A stretch of DNA of 13,511 nucleotides from an archaeon. GTDB taxonomy: Archaea; Nanobdellota; Nanobdellia; Woesearchaeales; UBA9642. The stretch covers positions 1 through 13,511 of the forward strand of contig JAZDHK010000022.1 of assembly GCA_043806035.1 (NCBI GenBank), given 5' to 3'. Under the pieces are notes generated by a model that was not told where the DNA came from, ran no database searches, and saw nothing but the letters and a program-made list of their open reading frames with translations. Of this stretch, positions 1-7,426 are shown one piece after another. The position numbers and the translations under genes were made by a program. Within the stretch, counting starts at the first letter, position 1, and each line of letters opens with the position of its first letter.

Positions 1-129
1 CATCCTGAGAGTCTCGGGCAGCCCCGAGCGAAGCAATCCAAAAATGAGGCTAGTGCGTGAAAGCTCGTATGCGTGCACCTGCTTACACTGCTGTGCGGAG
101 CGGGATGCGAAAGAAATTCAGGATGAAGC
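1..129. mobile_element. MITE/REP-like element, copy 1 (truncated by window start; inverted relative to copy 2)
   Basis: Positions 1-129 are the exact reverse complement of 9072-9200. Ends in TIR TCAGGATGAAGC (118-129). Begins at CATCCTGA, missing the first 4 nt of the other TIR. Confidence 0.85.
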
Positions 130-145
130 AACAGGGAACGGAAGA

Positions 146-153
146 TTTATAAA
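146..153 (+). promoter_or_regulatory. Archaeal TATA box (TTTATAAA) with purine-rich BRE-like upstream sequence
   Basis: GGAAGA-TTTATAAA upstream of RBS GAGGTG (192-197) and the GTG start at 203. Confidence 0.7.
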
Positions 154-158
154 GAGGA

Positions 159-186
159 AGTATATACTAAGTATAAACGTATATAC
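159..186. promoter_or_regulatory. Putative operator: three GTATA(T/A)AC boxes
   Basis: Perfect palindrome AGTATATACT (159-168), GTATAAAC (171-178) and palindrome GTATATAC (179-186), all between the TATA box and RBS of an AbrB-domain gene. Confidence 0.5.
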
Positions 187-202
187 ATTATGAGGTGTTC
201 CT

Positions 203-694
203 GTGGAATCAAAGACCGTATCTGTCATTGGCGCACTGCACAAAGTGGGCAACTCCTACAGCGTTCGCATCCCCCGACACATTACCAATGAGCTGCACGC
301 CAAAGAAGGAGACATGCTCGCGCTCAAGATAGCGAAGATATCCCTGACGTTCAACGATAGCATCGCCGAGCAGTTCAGGGCAAAAGCACGCTGCATACGT
401 GCATTAGACCATTTCAGTGACGACAAAGTATACATCCTCGCACGGCTCTATTATGGCGAGGGCGTGAAACTCACGCAGGCCATCGAACAGAAGAAAGGAA
501 AACCGGGCACAGCGCGTATCATGCAGGTGAGCACGCTGGAAGCAGACGCACTTGCACAAATCAAGCAGGTGCAGCAAGACTATCTTGCAAAGATACGCAG
601 AGAATACGGCGATAAGCTCCTCAAGGAGTATCTTCATTTCAGGAAACACATCGAACCGGCCATGCGACAACAGCACAAACAGAATACTTTATGA
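203..694 (+). CDS. AbrB/MazE/SpoVT-family DNA-binding domain protein with helical C-terminal extension
   Basis: N-terminal LHKVGNSYSVRIPRHITNELHAKEGDMLAL fits the swapped-hairpin pattern (GNS-x-x-V-x-IP...GD). RBS GAGGTG lies 5 nt before the GTG. Confidence 0.8.
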   Translation: MESKTVSVIGALHKVGNSYSVRIPRHITNELHAKEGDMLALKIAKISLTFNDSIAEQFRAKARCIRALDHFSDDKVYILARLYYGEGVKLTQAIEQKKGKPGTARIMQVSTLEADALAQIKQVQQDYLAKIRREYGDKLLKEYLHFRKHIEPAMRQQHKQNTL

Positions 695-731
695 ATATAC
701 AAACGAGCAAACCGCTTAAGAGAAAGAGAAC

Positions 732-2606
732 ATGCAATACAAACAGTTTGAACTGGACATATTTCAAGAAGACGCCATCACGGCAATAGACAACAACCAC
801 AGCGTCGTCGTCTCCGCACCAACCGGCAGTGGGAAGACGCTCATCGCAGACTTCATCATCGACAAGGAACTCAAGACGGGCAAACGTGTCGTATACACTG
901 CCCCCATCAAGGCACTTTCTAATCAGAAGTTCAAGGACTTCTGCAAGGAATACGGTGAGCAGAACATCGGTCTCATGACGGGCGACACCGTCATCAATCC
1001 TCATGCACAGGTTGTCATTATGACGACAGAGATCTTCAGGAACATGGTGCTCATCAAGGACCCTGAAATCATGAATGTCAGCTATGTCATATTCGACGAA
1101 ATCCATTACATCAACGACATCGAGCGTGGCGTGGTGTGGGAGGAGAGCATCATCTTCGCTCCCGATCACGTTCGTTTTCTCTGCCTGAGCGCGACCATTC
1201 CTAACGCGAGGCAGTTCGCGAACTGGATTGAGTCAATCAAGCAGCACACCGTCGACGTGGTCATCCACACCAAGCGCCCCGTGCCGCTCGAGCAGCTCTT
1301 CTATGATGACGTGCTTGGTATCACCACACTGGACAGGATAGAGAAAGTACGTCACATCCCACGCGACAGACGGGATAAAAAAGACAAAGCGAGACGGCAG
1401 GAGCATATCCGGCTCATCGAGGATCTTGGCGAGGACAAACTGCCCTGCCTGTTCTTCTGCTTCTCACGCATGGCCTGCCAGCGCAACGCCGTCGAATTAG
1501 CAAAGAAATGGCAGTTGGCAGGAAAAAGCGATCCCGACACAACCAGAATGATCATCAACAAGTTACAGACGGCGCCTCCTGAAGTGGGCCAGCTCGAGAC
1601 CACGCGCATATTGCGAGAGTTGCTGCCTCGAGGCATCGGCTTCCACCATGCAGGGCTCATACCTGTACTCAAGGAGATCGTCGAGGAACTGTTCGGGCAG
1701 GGCAAGATCCGTGTCCTGTACGCGACAGAGACGTTCGCCGTGGGTATCAACATGCCTGCAAAGACGGTCTGCTTCGAGAGCTTCAGGAAATTCAATGGAC
1801 TCAACTTTACCCTGCTCACGTCCAAGGAATACTTCCAGATGGCAGGCAGGGCGGGAAGGAGAGGCATAGACACTATAGGCTATGCTATCGCCATGCTCGA
1901 CCGTGAGCGTGCAGAGCTCAAGGGCATACGGGAGCGCACGGACAGGGATGTCGAGCCGTTGGTGAGCCAGTTCAAGCTCTCCTACAACACCGTCCTGAAT
2001 CTTGTGCACAATCACGTGCCGGATGAGCGTAGGAAGATTCTGCAGCAGAGTTTCTACACGTACATCAATCGTAAGGAGACGATGATTCAGACGAGCTACA
2101 AGAAGAAGTATGAGAAGCTCAAAAAAATGGGGTATATCATCGATGACAAGCTGACGGATAAGGGTTTCTTCGCGAGCAGGATGTACTGTGACGAGCTTAT
2201 TTTTACTGAGCTGTTTGCTACGGATCTTTGGCAGGAATTCTCCGACTATCAGCTCACACTCATCCTTGCCTGCCTGGTCTTCGAGAGCAGGGAACGCACG
2301 GCGTTCAAGAACAAGCACGTGCACAGAGACGAGAAGTATGTGTACAAGCGGACGCGCTTCCTTATCGGAAAGCGGTCGGACAGCATCTATGACATTTCCG
2401 CGCTCATCTTTCCACTCTTCCAGCAAAAGACGTTCTTCGACCTGCTTGAGAATACGAACATGGCAGAAGGTGACATCATCCGTTTCTTCAATCAGATACT
2501 GGACAGGATTAACCAGGTCATTCGTGCGAGCGAAAATTCTGAATTGCGGCAGCGCATGAGGACATGTTTCGATCTCATGAGGATTATGCTCGAGAAGGTG
2601 TGCTAG
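732..2606 (+). CDS. Ski2/Mtr4/HelY-like DExH-box SF2 RNA helicase with DSHCT-like C-terminus
   Basis: Motifs: FQEDAI (Q), APTGSGKT (I), YTAPIKALSNQK (Ia), DEIH (II), LSAT (III), HHAG, ATETFAVGINMPA (V), QMAGRAGRRG (VI). C-terminal EGDIIR is DSHCT-like. Confidence 0.92.
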   Translation: MQYKQFELDIFQEDAITAIDNNHSVVVSAPTGSGKTLIADFIIDKELKTGKRVVYTAPIKALSNQKFKDFCKEYGEQNIGLMTGDTVINPHAQVVIMTTEIFRNMVLIKDPEIMNVSYVIFDEIHYINDIERGVVWEESIIFAPDHVRFLCLSATIPNARQFANWIESIKQHTVDVVIHTKRPVPLEQLFYDDVLGITTLDRIEKVRHIPRDRRDKKDKARRQEHIRLIEDLGEDKLPCLFFCFSRMACQRNAVELAKKWQLAGKSDPDTTRMIINKLQTAPPEVGQLETTRILRELLPRGIGFHHAGLIPVLKEIVEELFGQGKIRVLYATETFAVGINMPAKTVCFESFRKFNGLNFTLLTSKEYFQMAGRAGRRGIDTIGYAIAMLDRERAELKGIRERTDRDVEPLVSQFKLSYNTVLNLVHNHVPDERRKILQQSFYTYINRKETMIQTSYKKKYEKLKKMGYIIDDKLTDKGFFASRMYCDELIFTELFATDLWQEFSDYQLTLILACLVFESRERTAFKNKHVHRDEKYVYKRTRFLIGKRSDSIYDISALIFPLFQQKTFFDLLENTNMAEGDIIRFFNQILDRINQVIRASENSELRQRMRTCFDLMRIMLEKVC

Positions 2607-2964
2607 CGTCCTGCGTCTCGACGATCATGCTATCATGCTTGATCACGTACGGTCTGCCTGTTTGTTCATGGTATGCATGAGCGAGCTTGCTCATGTCCTG
2701 CAGCGCATCTGACACGAACAGTCGAATTTCAAGATCCCCTCTTCGCACGCTATCCCTGTTCGAGAATGCATCCTCCTCTATAGGAAGGGTGGTCAGATCA
2801 GCGATGGGAGTGTATGCCGTATAGCCGAAGCCGAGGAATTTCTTCTTTTCTTTTCGCGCGAGGATGTAGCTTTCCAGCCCGCCCAGTGCATCGTATGACG
2901 TGCGCACTGCCAAGTCAGGCAGATTTTCCTGGATGAGCTGTTCCCATTGCTGTTCGTTCATCAT
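2584..2964 (-). CDS. Hypothetical protein (126 aa)
   Basis: ORF with natural composition filling the gap. TTTAAA-type box about 25 nt upstream. 23-bp convergent overlap with the helicase. No family recognised. Confidence 0.6.
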   Translation of the reverse strand: MMNEQQWEQLIQENLPDLAVRTSYDALGGLESYILARKEKKKFLGFGYTAYTPIADLTTLPIEEDAFSNRDSVRRGDLEIRLFVSDALQDMSKLAHAYHEQTGRPYVIKHDSMIVETQDASTPSRA

Positions 2965-3017
2965 ACAGACAGAGAATGCGTGTTTCCTTTTAAACCTTAT
3001 GGCAAGAAAATACAGGT

Positions 3018-3368
3018 TTACTTGACGAGCATAAGAATGAACACGGCAAGATAGATGACAAAAAGGATAACGAGCACGAACTTGAGCGTCTGCAAGTTCT
3101 GGACCTTCTTGAGCTTCTTCTCTCTGTATTCCTTGTAGCGTTCGTGGAATGCTTCCATGAGCAGCTTCTCATGCTCGAATTTTGCACGCGCGGCAGGGAC
3201 TATCCTGACGAGTTTCCGTTCTTTGCCCTGTGGATGCTCATCCGCCCCTCCTGCGTTTGCGCTGAGCAGGACGTACTGTTCAAGCTTCTTAGACGAAGAT
3301 GATCGCTTTGTTTTCGGCGTTTTCTTTATTCGCCCCACTGGAGAACGCTTCCTCACACCCTTTTTCAT
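3018..3368 (-). CDS. Hypothetical tail-anchored membrane protein (basic N-terminus, coiled segment, C-terminal TM helix)
   Basis: Lys/Arg-rich N-terminus and hydrophobic C-terminus FVLVILFVIYLAVFILMLV. TTTATAAA at 3391-3398 is 22 nt upstream of the ATG. Confidence 0.72.
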   Translation of the reverse strand: MKKGVRKRSPVGRIKKTPKTKRSSSSKKLEQYVLLSANAGGADEHPQGKERKLVRIVPAARAKFEHEKLLMEAFHERYKEYREKKLKKVQNLQTLKFVLVILFVIYLAVFILMLVK

Positions 3369-3416
3369 GTCTTTCTTGCCGTAGAACTTATTTATAAATG
3401 TATTGATAAAGATGAC

Positions 3417-3534
3417 CTTGTTGAAAAGGTCCGCACAGCGAAGTCATCAGAGAGAACAGTTATTGCGATTGCCCTCGAGACGGGCAGCTGCTCACCAGAC
3501 AGTACGAAGCGCGGACTACAAAAAGTTCAACAAG
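3417..3534. repeat. Intergenic nested inverted-repeat element (possible second MITE/REP-like element)
   Basis: CTTGTTGAA (3417-3425) / TTCAACAAG (3526-3534); GTCCGC (3429-3434) / GCGGAC (3511-3516); hairpin TGCCC (3470-3474) / GGGCA (3482-3486). Single copy in the window. Confidence 0.4.
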
Positions 3535-3568
3535 ACTGATAATGGCAAGCAGAGCAATCCCAACAATA

Positions 3569-3602
3569 TTTAAATACGAGTTGTCCTTTGTAACAGGGGT
3601 GA
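3569..3602 (+). promoter_or_regulatory. TATA box (TTTAAATA, 3569-3576) and RBS (GGGGTGA, 3596-3602)
   Basis: Archaeal consensus motifs upstream of the ATG at 3607. Confidence 0.6.
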
Positions 3603-3606
3603 TAGC

Positions 3607-4140
3607 ATGAAAGCAGCACTACTTCTCGCATTAGGACTTACGTTGGCTCAACCTCTGGCAGCGCAGCACAGAGATCGTCACCACACACCACCGCCTCCGC
3701 CGCAGCATCAGAGACATGTGCCACCACCTGCATTTCATCCTCCTCACCATTACCCTCACTATCCGTACCACTACCGACACCTGCCAAGGCACCATACGGG
3801 ATTCTTCTTCCATCTGTACGTGTACCCTGAACCTGCCGCCCTACTCGTCGACCTTCCCTGGGCACAGTACCGCATCAGGTCAGGTGAGGCAATAACCCTG
3901 GACACCTATTTGACGGACAGCGCACTGCCTCGACGGGTAGCAATCATCGATGAACAAGAATATCCAGGACGTGACGAATACAATGACCCGTCATTCTGGG
4001 CTAACGTGGGTACGCTGTATCGTACACAAGAAAGAGAGGATAGGCAACTGTTCACCCGCATCGCAGGAACGGACAGAATTATCACCGCTCGTGATGACAG
4101 GAATCGTGACGGCATCATTGATATTTTTGATGCTCGATGA
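3607..4140 (+). CDS. Secreted His/Pro-rich protein with C-terminal Dx[DN]xDG (EF-hand/dockerin-like) Ca-binding loop
   Basis: Sec signal MKAALLLALGLTLAQPLAA|Q. 14 His and 13 Pro in residues 21-69. C-terminal DRNRDGIIDIFD. Strong RBS. Confidence 0.75.
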   Translation: MKAALLLALGLTLAQPLAAQHRDRHHTPPPPPQHQRHVPPPAFHPPHHYPHYPYHYRHLPRHHTGFFFHLYVYPEPAALLVDLPWAQYRIRSGEAITLDTYLTDSALPRRVAIIDEQEYPGRDEYNDPSFWANVGTLYRTQEREDRQLFTRIAGTDRIITARDDRNRDGIIDIFDAR

Positions 4141-4834
4141 TGTGCAGGACGTCGCTGCATGATGCAACAGGTGTGATGTTTCCTTCCCGCAGTTCTTGCT
4201 GCCAATGCTCGTCAGTGAACTGTTCATTACACCAGTTGTCTGCGGGGTTGATGTGCTGGTTGTAGGGCTGCTTGATGAGATAGACGGTTTTGCCGAGACG
4301 GGAGAGGTCATAGGCGTGCCGCGGATGGTCCTCGACGACGATCTCGACGTCTTGTCCTGTTTCTTCTTCGAGTTGTTGGATGGCGAGGACTTTGTCTTTC
4401 CTGAATCGTAGGAAGTCGTAAGGAAGGTTGTGCATGTGCAGCCAGGCAATCGTCTTTCCCGGACCGTCATTGTAGAAACGGTCAGGATTGCCTTCTTCTG
4501 CTCGGTGTGTGATGAGGCTGATGATGGATTCTTCCTCACGTAAGTAGTTGAGCAATGCTTCGCTGCCGTGCAGGGGTCGTGTCTCAAGAAAAAGATTTGC
4601 GTCGCCGAGCCTGCGCAGCAGTGCGTAGTATCCTCCTTTTCGTTCATAGCAGGCGAGCAGTTCGGGAAAGGGTTTGAGCGCTACACCTATATTGTAGGCG
4701 GTTGACTCAAAATGCAGAGAGGCGTAGCTGCCGTTCAGGCATGCCTTGAATTCTCTATTGAGCAAGGTCTCAAGTGCTGCATGAAAAGGGAAGAGCACAT
4801 CATCAATGTCCAGCATCACATGCCCAACGCGCAT
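4115..4834 (-). CDS. HAD-superfamily 5'(3')-deoxyribonucleotidase (NT5C-like)
   Basis: Motif I LDIDDVL, motif II ITHR, Lys in KDK, motif IV VEDHP, and PYNQ typical of NT5C-like enzymes. Start reassigned to ATG 4834 (MRVGHV), with TTTATA at 4861-4856 upstream. Confidence 0.8.
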   Translation of the reverse strand: MRVGHVMLDIDDVLFPFHAALETLLNREFKACLNGSYASLHFESTAYNIGVALKPFPELLACYERKGGYYALLRRLGDANLFLETRPLHGSEALLNYLREEESIISLITHRAEEGNPDRFYNDGPGKTIAWLHMHNLPYDFLRFRKDKVLAIQQLEEETGQDVEIVVEDHPRHAYDLSRLGKTVYLIKQPYNQHINPADNWCNEQFTDEHWQQELREGNITPVASCSDVLHIIEHQKYQ

Positions 4835-4944
4835 GATGATGAGAATGCGCGTTTCTATAAATACTTTATCAGCACAACTACTCAAATTTACCACTGTAGA
4901 ATAAACTATGTTTCAACTATTTTTCGTGGAGAGGAAACAACAGG

Positions 4945-4952
4945 TTTTTAAA
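4945..4952 (+). promoter_or_regulatory. TATA box of the permease gene
   Basis: TTTTTAAA 22 nt upstream of GTG 4975, consistent with a leaderless transcript. Confidence 0.55.
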
Positions 4953-4974
4953 GCACGAGGGCTGTTTGTTAAGC

Positions 4975-6879
4975 GTGGCAGAACTCAAGAAAAGCCTCGG
5001 TTACATCACCATCATCGCCCTTTCCATCACAGCACTTATCGGCACGGGCATATTCTTCGGGCCAGCACTTGCGGCAAAATATGCTGGCAAGGCGAGCATT
5101 TGGGCATGGATCATTCTCGGGTTTGTAAGCGTGTACGTCGCCACTTGTTTTGGAGAGCTCGCAAGCATGTATCCGAAAGCAGGAGGGGTGTATGAGTTCA
5201 GCAAACACGCCTACGGCAGATTCCCGAGCTTCCTCATCGGCTGGACGACGTGGATGGTAAGCAACATCACGACAACGCTCATCATCGTCGCTGCAGTGAA
5301 TTATCTCCTGCCCACAACCATTCCTTTCTACAAGCTCATTGCCTGCATCGCGCTCATCGTCGTCCTCAATATCGTGGCATTTCGTGGCATTGACGAGAGC
5401 AGTGCCGTGGTCATCTTCTTCAGCATCGTCATCATCGCCGTCATTTTGGGATTGGTCATTCCTGGAAGCACGAAGATCGTTGCAGAAAACATATTCCCCT
5501 TGACATTCACTAATCCGCTGTTGATCCTGCTTGCACTGTTCTTCATTGTCGAGACGTACTTCGGTTGGGAGAGCGCCACGTTCTTGGCAGAAGAGACGAA
5601 CAATGCTGAACGGGTCATCCCCAGAAGCCTCGTCATCTCCAGCATCATCGTCGCCGTGCTCGGTTTTGCGAGCGCGTTCGTGATGCTCGGCATCATCCCT
5701 GCGGGGCAGCTCGCACAGCTGGATGTTCCGTTGGCGAGCGTCGCGAACATCATCTTCGGCAGCCAGGGAGAACTGATCGTCCGCATCGGCGTCTTCCTTG
5801 CATTGATAGGCAGTGCTGCTGGAGGCATCGTGAGCCTGCCGAGACTCCTGCTCGCATTGGCGAGGGACAAGCTGTTCCTGCAGCAGTTGGCGGACATCCA
5901 CCCTGTGTACAAGACGCCGTACAAGGCGATCATCTTCCAGCTTATCGTGAGCCTGCTCATCTTGTTCATCGGTTTCGGGAATTACAGCACGCTACTGAGT
6001 TTGCTTGTTCCTCTCGCACTGATCATGTACATCACCGTGCTCTTTGCCGTCCCCCTGCTCAGGTGGAGGAAGCCACAGCATGAGCGTCCGTTCAGGGCAC
6101 CGCTCGGCAGCGTGCTTCCGCTCCTGGTCATCCTTTTGTATGCGGTGACGATTGCTGCGTGGTTGTTCCTCGATCCTGGCGCGATTGGTCTGTTCAAGAT
6201 TGCACTCTCGCTCATCTTTTTGGGCATTCCCGTGTATTTGCTGTTGCTCTTCCATTATGAGCCGGAGACGATCATCAAAGCGAATAATTCCATCGCGTAC
6301 ATGAATTTGTGGTTGGAGAATGCCCTGCTCCCGAAAAGCGTGAGGAAAGAACTGCTGGGTTACTTCAAGACGCTCCACCAGAAGACCGTACTTGAGTTTG
6401 GCACGGGAGTGGGCACGATGACCGTGCATCTCGCAGAAGAGGTAGGGCCTAAAGGAAGAATTATTGCAACAGAGCTCAGTGACAAGAACGTCGATATTCT
6501 CAAGAAGAGACTGGTGAAGAGGGGCATTTCCAATGTACAAGTCATCTATGACAAGCACCAAGTGAATAGGCTGCACCCAGACATCAAAAAGACAGACGTC
6601 GTTATTAGTGTGGGCATGCTGAGTTACATGCAGGACGTGAACAAAGTGCTCCGAGAAATCAATGCCGTGCTCCCGAAGAATGCAGAGATATGCTTTGCCG
6701 AATACGTCGATTTCTTCTGGGTTCTTCCTAACGTTGGCTGGTTGAGCAGTGAGCAAAAAATAAAAAAGACATTCAGGGATGCTGGCTTCGCCGTCCGGGT
6801 GAAGAAGAGAAAGGGCCTGCTCTGGAACTATCTTATCGTCTACGGCATTAAGTCAGAGGAGGACGTGCCGTACATCTAA
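4975..6879 (+). CDS. APC-family amino acid permease fused to a C-terminal class I SAM-dependent methyltransferase domain
   Basis: APC motifs: IGTGIF (TM1), ELASMYPKAGGVY, YFGWES (TM6), AEE..N.ER.IPR, PRLLLALARD, HPVYKTP, RPFRAP, with about 12 hydrophobic segments. Then VLEFGTGVG (SAM motif I, 6388-6414), GRIIATELS (acidic residue ending beta2) and DVVIS. Start placed at GTG 4975 (MAELKKSLG); the ORF track gives TTG 4966. Confidence 0.88.
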   Translation: MAELKKSLGYITIIALSITALIGTGIFFGPALAAKYAGKASIWAWIILGFVSVYVATCFGELASMYPKAGGVYEFSKHAYGRFPSFLIGWTTWMVSNITTTLIIVAAVNYLLPTTIPFYKLIACIALIVVLNIVAFRGIDESSAVVIFFSIVIIAVILGLVIPGSTKIVAENIFPLTFTNPLLILLALFFIVETYFGWESATFLAEETNNAERVIPRSLVISSIIVAVLGFASAFVMLGIIPAGQLAQLDVPLASVANIIFGSQGELIVRIGVFLALIGSAAGGIVSLPRLLLALARDKLFLQQLADIHPVYKTPYKAIIFQLIVSLLILFIGFGNYSTLLSLLVPLALIMYITVLFAVPLLRWRKPQHERPFRAPLGSVLPLLVILLYAVTIAAWLFLDPGAIGLFKIALSLIFLGIPVYLLLLFHYEPETIIKANNSIAYMNLWLENALLPKSVRKELLGYFKTLHQKTVLEFGTGVGTMTVHLAEEVGPKGRIIATELSDKNVDILKKRLVKRGISNVQVIYDKHQVNRLHPDIKKTDVVISVGMLSYMQDVNKVLREINAVLPKNAEICFAEYVDFFWVLPNVGWLSSEQKIKKTFRDAGFAVRVKKRKGLLWNYLIVYGIKSEEDVPYI

Positions 6880-6946
6880 ATCATCTACAGGGGCTAGTGA
6901 CTTTGAGATAATATTTTAGAACAATATACAACTTTCAACGAGAAAA

Positions 6947-6954
6947 TTTATAAA
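6947..6954 (+). promoter_or_regulatory. TATA box of the lrp - Ntn hydrolase - fic unit
   Basis: GAGAAAA-TTTATAAA 22 nt upstream of ATG 6977. Confidence 0.65.
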
Positions 6955-6976
6955 TAACTGAATATCATGCAATTCT

Positions 6977-7426
6977 ATGAAGAACATCGCCCCAGACCTG
7001 TTGCGTCTTTTCAGGGAGGGGTACTGCACGCCGCAAATAGCAAGAATAGCGCGAAAGCTCAAGGAGCCCTCAACGACCATACACTACAATATCAAGAAGC
7101 TCGAGAGAGAAGGCGTCATCAGGACGTACAAGGCAGTCCTCGACCACAGTAAGATCGAGGAAGGGTTCTGCGTGCACATCCTCATCAACCTCTCTCCCGA
7201 CGAGTATGGCGACCCGGAGCGGCTGGCAAAAGACATTGCCAAGCATCCTCGGGTGGAGAGCGTGGACATCTGCACGGGAGATTGGGAGCTGCTCGTCAAG
7301 ACACGCGCCAAGGACCAAGAGGACTACTTTGCATTCGTCAAACAAGTGCTCTCGAAGAAAGGCATCGCCCACGTCAAGAGCATCATTTCCCTGAAACAAG
7401 TGAAGAGCGAGTTCACCACACCATGA
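6977..7426 (+). CDS. Lrp/AsnC family transcriptional regulator
   Basis: HTH IARIARKLKEPSTTIHYNIKKLEREGVI followed by a RAM domain (HPRVESVDICTGDWELLVK). Confidence 0.92.
   Translation: MKNIAPDLLRLFREGYCTPQIARIARKLKEPSTTIHYNIKKLEREGVIRTYKAVLDHSKIEEGFCVHILINLSPDEYGDPERLAKDIAKHPRVESVDICTGDWELLVKTRAKDQEDYFAFVKQVLSKKGIAHVKSIISLKQVKSEFTTP

Noticed and set aside
4835-4894. Longer start for the HAD nucleotidase
   Set aside because: It spans the TATA box, and HAD motif I normally sits within a few residues of the N-terminus.
4969-5901. Long antisense ORFs (also 639-1169, 1563-2426, 3991-4647, 5992-6756, 9762-10457 and others)
   Set aside because: They are shadow frames of well-supported genes, with no motifs or expression signals.
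7282-7422. N-terminal extension of the 7282..8373 ORF
   Set aside because: It lies inside lrp in another frame. ATG 7423 gives a clean signal peptide and an ATGA coupling.
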